NCBI RefSeq assembly: GCF_006345805.1
Contig: NC_043014.1
Location: 19,034,001-19,098,000, forward strand
From: Octopus sinensis
Lineage: Eukaryota
Direction: 5' to 3'
Length of the DNA stretch: 64,000 nt
Positions 1 through 12,949 of this stretch are shown here, in pieces. The translations under genes were made by a program, and so were the position numbers. Numbering within the stretch: the stretch's first letter is position 1; the number at the start of each line of letters is the position of its first letter. The notes under the pieces are model-generated. The model was not told the DNA's origin. It did no database searches and saw only the letters and a program-made list of their open reading frames with translations.

Positions 1-152
1 TTGAAAACTATGGATTTCATATTCACTCGTCACCAGCTATTCCTCCAACAACAAATGACAATCAGCTTTTACAAATTTAAAACACAATTACTCACGCTAT
101 AACAGTAATTTTAACACATAAACATAAATTCCTACTATGTTTATATGTTGGT

Positions 153-790
153 GTAGGCGTGAGTGTGTGGTAAGTAGCTACCTTCCCAACGACATAGTTT
201 CGGATTCAGCCCCACTACACCGCAATTCAGGCTGGTGTTTTCTTCCACAGCTCCACGCCGACCAAAAGCTTTAGGATTGGGTAGGTGGAAACTGAAAGAA
301 GCCCATCGTATATACATGTGTATCTACATGTGTGTCTTTATGTTTGTGTTTGTTCCTTACTGCCGCTAGGCAACCGGTATTAATTTGCTTTCGTCTCCGT
401 AGCAGTTTAGAAAAAGAGCCCGATATAATAAGTACCAGGTTAGAGAGTCAAGCTTACGATCGTGAGGTTGTAAGTTCGAATCCTGGACCGGGCTGCGTGT
501 TGTCTTCTTGAGTAAGGCACTTTATTTCACGTTGTTCCAGTTCACTCAGCTGTAGAAATGAGTTGCGACATCACAGGTGCCAAGCTGTATCGGCTGTTGC
601 CTTTCCCTTGGATAACACTGGTAGCGTGGAGAGGGGAGGCCGGTATGCATGGGCGATTGCTGGTCTTTCATAAACAACCTTGCTCGGACTTGTGCCTGCG
701 AGGGTAACTTTCTAGGTGCAATTCCACGGTCATTCATAAAGAGTAGAACTATTTGAGTCAACCCTTCAAGGCAGTGCCTCAATATGGCAA
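153..790 (+). mobile_element. SINE family B, degenerate, split by the family A insertion at 438-737
   Basis: Head and ggaaactgaaagaagcccatcg lie before 438; tail aaggcagtgcctcaatatggc resumes after 737. Confidence 0.7.
438..737 (+). mobile_element. SINE family A copy nested in a family B copy
   Basis: Aligns by eye along its length with 35985-36290. Confidence 0.85.
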
Positions 791-1702
791 CATACCATAC
801 ATATATATATATATATATATGCACATACGCACATCCATATACAACAGCGTGTTTGTGTATGTTTGCATCTACCACTATGTAACTGATAAAGAGATAGATA
901 GATAGCTAAATTCAGAACGCACATAAACACGTTCTGAAAGACCGTACAACAATAGAACCTACACCTGAAAGCTTTTAGAAGAAAAATTATACTGCGAGTA
1001 GTAATACTACTTTATTTCGAAATAGAATAAAGAGAAAGTACTGGATACGAAATTCTCTGTGAATATGGCTTCCCAAGTGTTAAGCCTAAGCAAATTATGC
1101 TACGATAGATAGATAGCTAAATGCGTGATTGCATAAGGTAGGTGAATAGATTTAAACCAACTTAGATGTTAACCTAAAATCATGATATCTCTTTACTTTA
1201 TACCACATAATATTACATTTATGCATTCATTCATACAAACATATTTTATAACTGACTTCTTTTCCTTTATATTTCGCTAGAAAATAATTGATAGTGAATT
1301 TCAAGGAAATTTTTACGTGAAGCACGAAATAAATGATAATGCATTTAATATTGTTCAATACACATACACACACATATATATGTATATGCATATGTAAATG
1401 TATATATGTGTGTTTTTGTACGTATGTATATATATATATATATATATAGATAGATAGATAGATAGATACACACATATACGCACGCACGTTTCAAGTGCTT
1501 TAAAATACTCTGTACTTTGCTGTTTTTTCCTGTCGACAATTTTCCTTTCGCTGTTATTTACTTTAAGAGGCTATTTCTTCTTCCCTCTCTATTTCACTCT
1601 ATTTCACAAAAAAAAAAAAAATTATTCCCATTCTCTCATTCAACTTATATTTCTTCTACTACTCTTTCTTTCTAACTCTGTCTCTCCGCATCCTTATTTC
1701 GC

Positions 1703-1753
<51 letters not shown>

Positions 1754-1868
1754 AGCTTTATTTTTTTCCTGCCGCCATTATTTCCCTTTTTTGAATTTTA
1801 ACCTCTCTCTATTAAACTAAAGATCAGGAATAATTTTCTGGTTGATTTTCACGTTCACTTTTTATTAA

Positions 1869-1870
<2 letters not shown>

Positions 1871-1912
<42 letters not shown>

Positions 1913-1965
1913 TATTATTATCATTATCACTATTATTATTATTATCATTATTATTATTATTATCA

Positions 1966-2040
<75 letters not shown>

Positions 2041-2090
2041 CATCATTATTATTATTATTATTATCATTATTATTATTATTATTATTATTA

Positions 2091-2124
<34 letters not shown>

Positions 2125-2141
2125 ATTATTATTATTATTAT
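1871..2141. repeat. (TTA)n microsatellite
   Basis: Direct reading. Confidence 0.97.
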
Positions 2142-3109
2142 CAGCCGCAGCAGCAGCAGTAGTTGTAGTAAAATTTTCAGATATATCTATGCATGTACAA
2201 ACATGCACACACACGAACGCACGTACATTTATTCACATACACACACACATAGACACACACATACATACAGATATACCATGGCATTTTATATTTCTGTCAG
2301 TGGCAGCAGTTAATGGATTTTTGATAATAACACTCTTTCTAAAATGTCGATGCCCCATTCTTTTTATGGCGTCTTAGAAATCAAAATGAGAAACAACATT
2401 GGTAAAGGATCAGAAGGAGCGAAATCGTAGGAAATGAAAGAGATAAAAAGTGGAAAATGAAGATCTCTGCGGCATCTGTATAGAGTAAATGAAATGCTTT
2501 ACGATTAGTGCCGCTGAGAGAGACTTCCTAAACACTGTTTATATTCATACATATACAGGGGCACTTGCACACAAACATACACACACATACATGTACACGT
2601 ATACATACACACGTATACTGTTATGTTGATAGATTCTGAGCTAGATGTGTACACATTTCTATGGATGTATGGATGTATAGATGAATGTATACTTATAATA
2701 TTTCACGACTCATGAATTCTGATTTCTTTCTTGAATAGAAATCCATGAATTACTATTAGATAAATGTAGTCGTGAGATTTTAGGAAGATAAACTTAGACA
2801 ATATTTCATGTCACTACAATAGTTTGGTAAAATAATAATAATTAAAACTTCATTAGAAAATTGAAAATTTGAAAATATACTGTTGCAACTATATATAAGA
2901 AGATATGAAAGCGTTAAGTATTAACAGAAAGCAGATATAAAAAGATCACTGAATTCTTTGGTCGTCGATGGTATTGTCAAGGATTTTTAGCAGCAGACAC
3001 GTGAAGGTGTTCAATGTATGTATGTAATATGTGCGTGTATGCATGCATACTTGGTTATATGTACATACGCATACTGAGATTCACACGCATGTACGCAGGC
3101 ATAAATATT

Positions 3110-3201
<92 letters not shown>

Positions 3202-3214
3202 CTGTGTGTATGTG

Positions 3215-3380
3215 TGAAACAGTCTTCTTTCAGTTTCCACCTACCAAATTAATTTACAAGGCTTTGGTCAACCGGAGTTTGTAGTAGAACACACTTACCC
3301 AATATACCACGCAGTTAGACTGAACTCGTATCCATGTGGTTGAAACGCAACATTAGTATCACATAGCCATAACTGCGCAA
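3215..3380 (-). mobile_element. SINE family B 5' half
   Basis: cttctttcagtttccacctaccaaat...acatagccataactgcgc is the reverse complement of the family B head. Confidence 0.7.
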
Positions 3381-3464
3381 ACAATACATATAACTTACTT
3401 GGAAATGGATGCGTGGCCTTCAATACATACATGTATGTACATATATACATATATGCATACATAT

Positions 3465-3513
<49 letters not shown>

Positions 3514-4571
3514 TATATGTGTACAGGACGTCACAAAACGTAAATAGCATGAAATACGAGATACGAAAGCAACAACATAAAGAACGACCATTCATCTGTT
3601 GTTGCCTGTCCACCTACTCGTTTCGAGCAATGTAGTTTCGAAAAGGTAGTTGTTTCCGCGAACCAAACTAAAATTTGGGATTCGCGGAGGGTCTAAGTTG
3701 GTAACAAAAACAGGACTGTTGAGGCATACAACAAACCAAACGAAAATAAACATGGAGGCCCGTTAGGCCACACGAGGTGAACTAGCGAACGCTGAAGGAA
3801 TAGTCTTTGACAAGAGAAATGATAGAACATGAGACAGATAAGGATGCGTCTGGGCTGTAAGACAGACTGAAAGAAAAGAAAGATGATCACGTGAGGAAAA
3901 GAAAGATGGACAACGGTTACATGTGAGCAACGAGAGAGAGAGTAATGAAGGAAGACGGAGAGAGAGAGAGCGAGAGAGAGAGAGATTTATAGAAAACAGT
4001 GAAGGGAAGAAAAAAAGAATTAGAGAAGAGAGAGAAAACGAAAGGGAGGAGAACAGTTTAGGGCAGAGTCGCATCAAAATTGTTAAGATAAACTTGCTTG
4101 GGAATGGGTGCGTGGCCTTCAATGATATAATAATATACATACATATATGGGTGGGGGAAGATAAGGCTAGCAAATGTTTCATGTGTCATTCTTTATAATT
4201 TTTGATATGCATATACGTATGCATATACGTATACTTACATATGTATATACACAAACAAGTCAAGCGCATTACTGGGCCTCTCTTTCTATTTGATTTTACA
4301 CATATTAATTGTTATTCTTGTGCACGTATAGATGTACACACAGGCATATACACTCGTACTGTCGTAGATAACGAAATTATAATTTGCCTCATTCAGGAAT
4401 ATAAATCCAGAAATATTAGTAAGCAGTATAACACTACCAAGAATTGGATTAATAATCGTCTAATTCAAAGAATAGGAATGGAATGTGGGGTCGTATAATA
4501 CACGTATGAACATGCCCACATGATGAATCTTTAAAAGTCTGTTCTGTCTAGGATCATAATATATTGTTAAG

Positions 4572-4756
4572 CTGGAAATTTCGGTTGAGTGGTAAGTCAA
4601 TTACATCGACTCCAATTTTCAATCGGTATTTATTTTAACAACTCCGAAATGGATGAAAGACAAAGTCGACCACGGTGGAAATTGAACTCAAAGACGGACG
4701 AAACTCCTTTAAGCATTTTGCCCGGCGTGCTAACGATTCTGCCAGCTCGCTGCCCC
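4572..4756 (-). mobile_element. SINE family D copy
   Basis: Ends in cggcgtgctaacgattctgccagctc, the reverse complement of the family D head. Confidence 0.8.
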
Positions 4757-5890
4757 ACCTCCAGGATCATAATATATTGAATCAAACTTAGTTGTCTGGG
4801 ATATTTATAGAATTGAGGCTCTCATTGCTAGAAAACTAGGGTGAAGAGCTGTTATTCTCAATTATATACTGTTGAATTTTTAAGGAAGATAATTCTTATA
4901 CATGTGTGGATATTTATAATACTTAACAATTTTCAGGATTTGTAATTAAATAATATTTAATTCTTTTAATTATTTTATTGCTGCAATAAACTAAGAAGCT
5001 CATCGTTTTTTGTTTAATATATCTCAATTTAAATATTCTCAATTTGTTTGTCAAACCAAGTATATACTGCGTGTGATTAATCGGTTAAAATATGACCATC
5101 CTTAAATACAACAATATCTGTTTTAACACAGGATTTCACATCAAGAATCTTGCAAAACAAGTACATAAATGAATTTATATATAACTGCACATATATAGGA
5201 CAAACTAGTCTTATGTATGTGCATTCGATTTAATTTTGGATTTAATATTCTATAAGTATTCCAGTAGTGATATCGAATACTTAAATTTTAGATTAGAGAT
5301 ATGCTAGGAATATTTTATTGTGAATAGGTTGGAAGTATAGCCCATACATTGTTTAATTGCATTATGAGTAATGACAAGACACAGCTATACTATATTTTCC
5401 CCTTAAGAGGACATTTGCTAGGTGTATCCACAAATATATCTACTCTAATGTCTTTCATATTAAGTTGACTATCATTTGGTGATATTTGATATAATATGGA
5501 TGTAGCAGAGAAGGCATCACTTTTTATACCAGTTTTAGTGGTTACTATTATATCAGCTTGTATTTTATTATCATTGATTCATAATAAAAATACTGGTCTT
5601 GCAATTGTTAGTAGTCAATTCCATGTATGTGCAGTTATCTATAAATATGCTTATGTATATGTTTTGCAAGATTCCTGATGTGAAATCATGCGTTAAAACA
5701 CATATTGTTATATTTGGGGATGGTCATATTTTTTGCCTATAAACCACACGCAGTATATACTTGCTCTCCACTTCAGTTGTATTATTATTATTATTTTAGT
5801 TTTCTTTGTCTGATAATGTGTGACGAAATATTTCAGACGAAGGACGCAAAAATAAGAATAATAAAAAAGTTGAAGTGAACACCAAGTATA

Positions 5891-6773
5891 CGAGGGCCTA
5901 CCCAAAAGGAACCGGAATTTTGCAATATTATTTTATTCACAAAGATTATGTTTATTCTTATATCACCTTCGAAGTATTCTCCATTTGAAGCAATGAATCG
6001 GTCCAGGTACATTTTCCACTATTCGAAGTAGAGCTGGAACTCTTGCGAACTCTAACGCCCCCGTCGTTTTTTCTTCACCACTTTCACATCTGCAAATTCT
6101 ATAGCATCAGCTTTCGTCACCAGTGATGACCTTCACAAAAAGGGTCGGGATCAACTTCCAACTGTTCTTTCAGTTGACGACACGCATTCAGTCGTGACTG
6201 CTTTTGATCTTCCGTGAGCAGGCGGGGCACAAATTTTGCTGCAACTCTTTACATTCGCAATTCCTCGCTCAAAATTCGTTGGTAGGAGCTCCAGGACATA
6301 GCAGTCATATCAACGATTTCGTCAACTGTTCGGTAACGTTCCTCCAAGAACAGTTCATGAATTTTCATGATGCTTTCAGTCGTTAGGGATATGGACGATC
6401 GTCCTGAATGACGTTGGTCTTCAAGCGACAAGTGACTATTCCGAAAGAATGGAAACTATTCGTAAACTTGTGCTTTGCTCATAGCAGCGTCCTTTCAAAG
6501 CCGTTTGAAGCCCTACAACTGTTTCGGGCACCGTTTTCTCCAACAGAAAACAGAACTTGACGGAAGTACGCTGTTCCTTAGTTTCAGCCTTCGCAAAAAT
6601 CGACAAACAAGGGGGAAGCACTGCAAAACAAAAACACACAACATGGCACTACGACGTTACACGATGATGCCGGTCGGCTGATTGATGACTGAGGGTTACA
6701 TCAAGCGGCGAGAGCCTGAACTACAACGGGTTTGTCCCACAAAGAACGTTTCCGGTTACTCCTGGCTACCCCG
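5891..6773 (-). mobile_element. Internally deleted mariner (Tc1/mariner) transposon
   Basis: Begins TA|CGAGGG...AACCGGAA with a degenerate inverted counterpart near 6748-6773. Minus-strand remnants KEQRTSVKFCFLL (N-terminal HTH), SLEDQRHSGRSSIS (HTH2) and YLDRFIASNGEYFEGD (C-terminus) are typical of mariner transposases. Confidence 0.9.
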
Positions 6774-7581
6774 TTTTATAATGCGTGTGGTTAATTGACA
6801 AAAAATGTGACCATCCCCATATATAACATTATCTATAAATATATTTACTCATACGTGCACTTGGATGAGGGAAGTTTCTCAGCGGTTTCTTGTTGGTTGA
6901 TGGTAACATAGTCGAATAACAAAGTAGAGAAACATGATCATGAGTTTGGTAGGATTTCTCCAATTTCCCGAATTCTGAGAATTTTTAAAAGACGGGTCCG
7001 CAGAAACTGACGATATTTTGACGGAAAATACTCTTTTCAAGGACTAAAACTGTTAGGTATACATTTTCAAATATCATCAGAACATTTATATGTTTCCGTA
7101 GATTTTGAGGGGCTGAATGTAAGTATAAAGTTGCCCTTGTGCGCTTGTGTTTTATGTATTGAGGATATTCACAATATTCACATTGTATTTAAAACTTTTG
7201 CCTAATCTGTAACCATTCGTTGGCTAGAACAATTTCCACATGGTTTCGCCTACGAGGAATATCAATTGGTCCTCTAGGTAATATATTTATATAAATAATG
7301 ACATCATATGCCAGAACAATGAAAGTGAGACACAGAAATAGAAAGCTTTTTGAACATTGTGGGTATGCTTTTCTCTCGATCTGACTGTGATATATGTATG
7401 CATATATATATGTGTTTTTATATATATATATATGTATATTATTGTATGTATATATGTATATATATATATACATTTACATTTGCATACATTAATATATATA
7501 CATATATATATATATATATGTATGTATGTATATATGTATGTCTGCATGTGCTTGTGTATGAATATATACATGTATATACAT

Positions 7582-7875
7582 AGGCACAGGCATGGCTGTG
7601 TGGTAAGAAGCTTTCTTAAGAACCACATGGTTTCTGTTTCAGTCCCACTGCATGGCACGCTGGGCAAGTGCCTTGTATCATTGCCTCGGACCGATCAAAG
7701 CCTTGGGTGTGGATTTGATATACGAAAACTCGAAAAGTTTGTCGTATGTATGTGTCTTTGAGACTGTATTTGTTTCCCACCACCGCTTGACAACCTGTGT
7801 TTGTGTGTTTACGTCCCCGTCACAATAGCGGTTCGGCAAAGGAATCAATATAATATGTATCAGGCTTGACAAAAA
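7582..7875 (+). mobile_element. SINE family B copy
   Basis: Colinear with 8498-8810 (ggctgtgtggtaag...gtccccgtcacaatagcggttcggcaaa). Confidence 0.85.
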
Positions 7876-7918
7876 TTGACAGCAGTCAAATAAAAGGTAA
7901 AAAGTTTATATATGGGTG

Positions 7919-7954
<36 letters not shown>

Positions 7955-8163
7955 TGAAATAGAAAGATGAATAATCTTGTTGCAGATTAATCAAAAGTTT
8001 AACCGATACCTTGGTAGCAAAAATCACAGCAGAAGACAGCACGGTTGGAGGTACAACCATATGGTGTTGCAACCGTGCGTTGGTGCGGATAATTGAATTT
8101 TAATATTATTAGTGAATTGAAGAAATGGAGTTGAACGAAGATTGAACAGAAATCGTTTTATTG

Positions 8164-8245
8164 CATTCTACACGTGTTTCGAAAGGCACAATTTACCAAA
8201 TTCCGATTGAATAAGAGACATATTGTGTCTTTCTCTTCAGGAAGA
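8164..8245 (-). ncRNA. Minimal type I hammerhead ribozyme motif (left arm of palindrome)
   Basis: Minus strand: CUGAAGA (8240-8234); stem II GAAAGACACAAU/AUUGUGCCUUUC (11 of 12 pairs); GAAAC; palindromic stem III ACACGUGU; GUA cleavage triplet (A at 8169); short stem I UUC/GAA. Confidence 0.7.
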
Positions 8246-8308
8246 AATAGGAAATCCGTTGGAAAAAACAGAAACACTGTTTTTGTTTTGTCCAACGGAT
8301 TTCCTATT

Positions 8309-8392
8309 TCTTCCCGAAGAGAAAGACACAATATGGTCTCCTTATTCAATCGGAATTTGGTAAATTGTGCCTTTCGAAACACGTGTAGAATG
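8309..8392 (+). ncRNA. Hammerhead motif with U4>C change (right arm of palindrome)
   Basis: Same fold as the left arm, but the core reads CCGAAGA (8314-8320). GAAAC at 8376-8380, ACGT-GT-A to 8387, then GAA. Confidence 0.55.
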
Positions 8393-8458
8393 CAATAAAA
8401 CGATTTCTGTTCAATCTTCGTTCAACTCCATTTCTTCAATTCACTAATAATATTATAT

Positions 8459-8497
<39 letters not shown>

Positions 8498-8500
<3 letters not shown>

Positions 8501-8910
8501 CGCAGGAGCGGCTGTGTGATAAGTAGCTTGCTAACCAACCCCATAGTTCCGGGTTCAGTCCACTGCGTGGCACCTTGGGCAAGTGTCTTCTGCTATAGCC
8601 TCGGGCCGACCAAAGCCTTGTGAGTGGATTTGGTAGAGGGAAACTGAAAGAAGCCCGTCGTATATATATATATATATATATGCGTGTGTGTGTTTGTGTG
8701 TCTGTGTTTGTACCCCTAGCATTGCTTGACAACCGATGCTGGTGTGTTTATGTCCCCGTTACTTAGCGGTTCGGCGAAAGAGACCGATAGAATAAGTACT
8801 GGGCTTACAAAAGAATAACTCCCGGGGTCGATTTGTTCGATTAAAGGCGGTGCTCCAGCATGGCCGCAATCAGATGACTGAAACAAGTAAAAGAGTAAAA
8901 GAGTAAAGAG
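8498..8910 (+). mobile_element. tRNA-derived SINE family B, full length, with internal (TA)n(TG)n
   Basis: Head ggcgcaggagcggctgtgtg...gggttcagtcc, body ggaaactgaaagaagcccgtcg, microsatellite, tail aaggcggtgctccagcatggccgc...(aaaagagt)n. Confidence 0.9.
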
Positions 8911-8926
8911 AGAGTATCTATGTGGG

Positions 8927-8978
<52 letters not shown>

Positions 8979-9145
8979 CGTATCTGTGTGCCTGTGTGTA
9001 AAAATTCCTTCGAAGATTATTTTAATCGTTCACTCACACTTTATATATAACTCTTAACTCTTAACTCTTTATATATAATTCTTACCACTCTTAACTCCTT
9101 ATCTGGATATCTCTATCAAGTACTTTCACTTTCAATCTCTCTCTC

Positions 9146-9181
<36 letters not shown>

Positions 9182-9240
9182 CCTGATCATTGTTGTATTC
9201 CTGATCTTCCCACCACCCTTGACCTTTCACCAGAAAAGAA

Positions 9241-9750
9241 CTCTCCTACCACTTACACAACCACCATATTGATGCTATAACTTCCCCACCAAACACTTTC
9301 CTTGGTCAGAATAGATTATAGCTCTACTCAAACTGTTCTGATCAGTAATTGCTTATTCAACCAATTATTGCCTCGCTATTTCAGTCTTACATTGTTTATT
9401 ATTTCTTCGACATCTTTTTCAAAAAGATTCTAATTTTGCTTTTCGTTTACTTATATAGTCTTCAGTAATCCTCTCGTTCAACCTTATCAAATAAGAAGGA
9501 TATAAAATGATGGTTATTCTAAAGCTACATATATTAAAGTTGTTCGCTTAATTTCACCGACAATTTCTTCTTTCTCTTCTTCTTCTTCTTCTTCTTCTTC
9601 TTCTTCTTCTTCTTCTTCTTCTTCTTCTTCTTCTTCTTCTTCTTCTTCTTCTTCTTCTTCTTTTTCTTCTTCTTCTTCTTCTTCTTCTTCTTCTTCTTCT
9701 CCTCCTCCTCCTCCTCCTCCTCCTCCTTCTTCTTCTTCTTCTTCTTCTTC

Positions 9751-9790
<40 letters not shown>

Positions 9791-9866
9791 ACCTAAACTC
9801 TTCACGCAAGCATTTTTCTGAAGTTCTACATTCGTATTTTTCAATGGGGCAGGACATCCTCACTCA
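9241..9866 (+). repeat. Dispersed near-identical duplication; partner at 38463-39096
   Basis: Both copies run ctctcctaccacttacac...gggcaggacatcctca with an internal (TTC)n(CTC)n(TTA)n tract. Confidence 0.95.
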
Positions 9867-9989
9867 AGCACACATATGCGCATAAATGCACAGACGTATG
9901 CGCGCGTGCACCAGCCGTTCTCTCTCTCTAATTGTCTACGTACCTTATTTTTCTGTCTCCGTCGATGTTTTCATCAAGTAAGCATAGGT

Positions 9990-10171
9990 ATATATATATA
10001 TAATATATATATAATATATATGATATATATATATATATTATATATGTATATAGATATATATATGTGTGTGTGTGTGTTGTTATATATATGTATATATATA
10101 TATATATATAATATATATTATATTATATATATACACATATATATATACGTATACATATATATATATATAAT

Positions 10172-10208
<37 letters not shown>

Positions 10209-10232
10209 CTATATATATATATATACGTATAC

Positions 10233-10295
<63 letters not shown>

Positions 10296-10685
10296 CTATT
10301 GATACAGATATGTATATACATAAATATACAAACATGTCTCGGTATCTCTCTCTCTCATTTATATATATATATATATATATACACACACATACACACATAT
10401 ACAGGCACACAGACACGCGCACACACACTCCTACATACAATCTCTCATGCACTTAGACTCAAACACAAACATATTTTCGTACGTATTCCATTGGAATGTG
10501 TCCAAGAATATACACAATGATAGCTGAAAGCATAACCATTAACAAGAGATCGAATAGTACTACAGATGTGTGTGTATATCTGATGGTTTCTGTGTGTGTG
10601 TATGTGTGCGTATGTGTTTATATATGTTTTTACTATACGTGAGAGGAATGAATAGAAACCTTTGGCGATACGGATAACATACACA

Positions 10686-10758
<73 letters not shown>

Positions 10759-10830
10759 TGTGGTGTGTGCGTGCGTGTGTTTGTGTGTGTGTGTGTGTGT
10801 GCGTGCGTGTGTGTGTGTGTGTGTGTGTGT
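9990..10830. repeat. Compound (TA)n/(CA)n/(TG)n microsatellite region
   Basis: Direct reading; source of the YIYI/CVCV ORFs. Confidence 0.95.
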
Positions 10831-11091
10831 GTTAGAAACGGTTTCATTAATCGCGTACACGCATACGCACACATACATATATATGTCTATATATATGTCT
10901 ATAAGAATGTATATATATGCGGGTGTGTACATAAATATGGTATGTCTACAGTGTCTCTATATATATATACAAATGCATACATAAATATATATAGGAATAG
11001 GTATATTATTGTGTATGCGCAAATATGTATATGTGTTGATGGACATCTATAATTATATATATACATATATATATATATATATAATATATAT

Positions 11092-11125
<34 letters not shown>

Positions 11126-11664
11126 CATAAATATACACCAAACAAAACAAACACACACACACACACAAACTAATCAGGTAGACAAACTCACAGAAGTATT
11201 TGCTGTATTTTATATTTCATATTGTCTGCAATATTTGTTAGTTTTAAACTGGCTGTATTGCAAGCCTCTGATACAAGACACAAATCGATGTTGGTTGGAA
11301 AGCAGCTGTACAGAAATATAAATGGACAGTTACACATATACCCGCTTAAATAACAATACAGGATTTAGTGGATAACTTATACATTCATATTTATGCACAA
11401 GTACATAAGTACATGCATATGTATTCATTCAATGATATATGTATGTATATACATCTCTCTCTCTCTCTCTCTGTATACACACACACTTACGTATATACAT
11501 GCATATATAAATATATATATATATATATACTTATACGCACACACTCATACACACATAAACAGATACACGCACACATATACATGTTTGCCAATATATATAT
11601 GTATATATGTACATCCATCCATACATACATACATGCATGCATACATACATCCATCCATACATAC

Positions 11665-11700
<36 letters not shown>

Positions 11701-12320
11701 ACCTACCTACCTACATATATACATACATACATACATACATACATACATACATACATACATACATACATACATACATGCATATGTATATAGTCATATGTGA
11801 AGCCATATTCTTACACTGCAATCCAATAGCGCTTCAAGCATTTCTTCCTTGTATCCTTGTATATACATACAAATATTTTCGATCGCTATCAGCATGTTAA
11901 TTAAACAATTACGCTTGATGAAACAAACATTTTAAAGATTAGAATATGAGTAATCCAAAAGCATATTGATATTTCATCGTAAATGAAAACAATATTTATC
12001 TATCGTTGAATTGTTATCTTTGTCGTTGTCGTCGTCTTTTTTGTTCTCTGTTTTTGTTATCTTGTTGCTGCATATATCGCTCTTCTGTAGTTTCCAATAT
12101 AATATTTGTCTGCACAAATGCTTAACCTAAATCATTCCATTCATTATTGTACCCGTCTAATGATTTTGTCTCGGGTATTTTGTTTTTTACATCTGGAAAG
12201 TGTAATTTTTAAAGATATTTGGTTATCTCTAGAAACTTCTCGTCTATAAACTAATTCAATGATTTTTATATGGACAATTTATAAGAGTTGTTGGTATACA
12301 TAGTTATTTTGTTCCTTCTC

Positions 12321-12593
12321 GAGCCATAGGGCTGGTTTCCTGGTTTCCTTGGCGTATAGGTTCCCCACCTGGACGGGACGCCGGTCCGTCGCAGGTGAGC
12401 TGCAAGATGCAGGAGGAAAGAGTGAGAGAAAGTTGTGGCGAAAAAGTCAGCAGGAGTTAGCCATTACCTTCTGCCGGAGCCGCGGGGAGCTTAGGTGATT
12501 CGCTCATAAACACACATCACCCGGTCTGAGATTCGAACACGCGATCCTTCAACCGCGAGTTCGCTGCTCTAACCACTTGGCCATGTGCCGCCA
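12321..12593 (-). mobile_element. tRNA-derived SINE family C with a Deu/Nin-like central motif
   Basis: Minus strand: A box tggccaagtggtt, B box gttcgaatc, motif cctgcgacggaccggcgtcccgtccagg (resembles recalled DeuSINE/Nin domains). Confidence 0.8.
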
Positions 12594-12624
12594 CATATAT
12601 ATCTATATTATAGGTAAATTGTTG

Positions 12625-12900
12625 TTGTATAGAGCGTCAGGTTCACAATTATGGTGTAGTGAGTTCGATTCTCGGAATGGGCTGTGTGTTTGTGTTATTA
12701 AGCTATACCGGCAAAACGCCTCACCAAGCTGTATCGGCCGTTACTTTTCCCTTGGATAACATCGGTGACTAGGAGAGGTGAACCTGGTATGCATGGGCAA
12801 CTGCTAGTCTTCCATAAACAACCTTGCCTGGACTTGTGCCTTCGAGGGAAACTTTCTTTGTGCAAACCTGTGGTCATTCATGACCGAAGGGGATCTTTAC
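12625..12900 (+). mobile_element. SINE family A, degenerate and internally deleted
   Basis: Shares ccaagctgtatcg...cccttggataac...ggtcattcatgaccgaagggg with 35965-36304. Confidence 0.8.
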
Positions 12901-12949
12901 CAATTCTTTTGTTAAAGTTATTGCAAATATAAACAGTATAGGCAGCCTT

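Larger units (their letters stand above)
8101..8455. repeat. 355-bp near-perfect palindrome (inverted terminal repeat of a Penelope-like element?)
   Basis: Arms 8101-8262 and 8292-8455 are reverse complements apart from one substitution and two 1-nt indels. The 29-nt spacer is partly self-complementary. The mirror ORFs at 8158..8382(-) and 8174..8398(+) share the N-terminus MFRKAQFTKFRLNK. Confidence 0.95.

Noticed and set aside
9876-11900. Long ORFs rich in YIYI, CVCV and HTHT (also at 24.7-26 kb, 28.9 kb, 35.7 kb, 44.2-45 kb, 58-64 kb)
   Set aside because: Translations of (TA)n/(TG)n/(TACA)n microsatellites, open in several frames on both strands.
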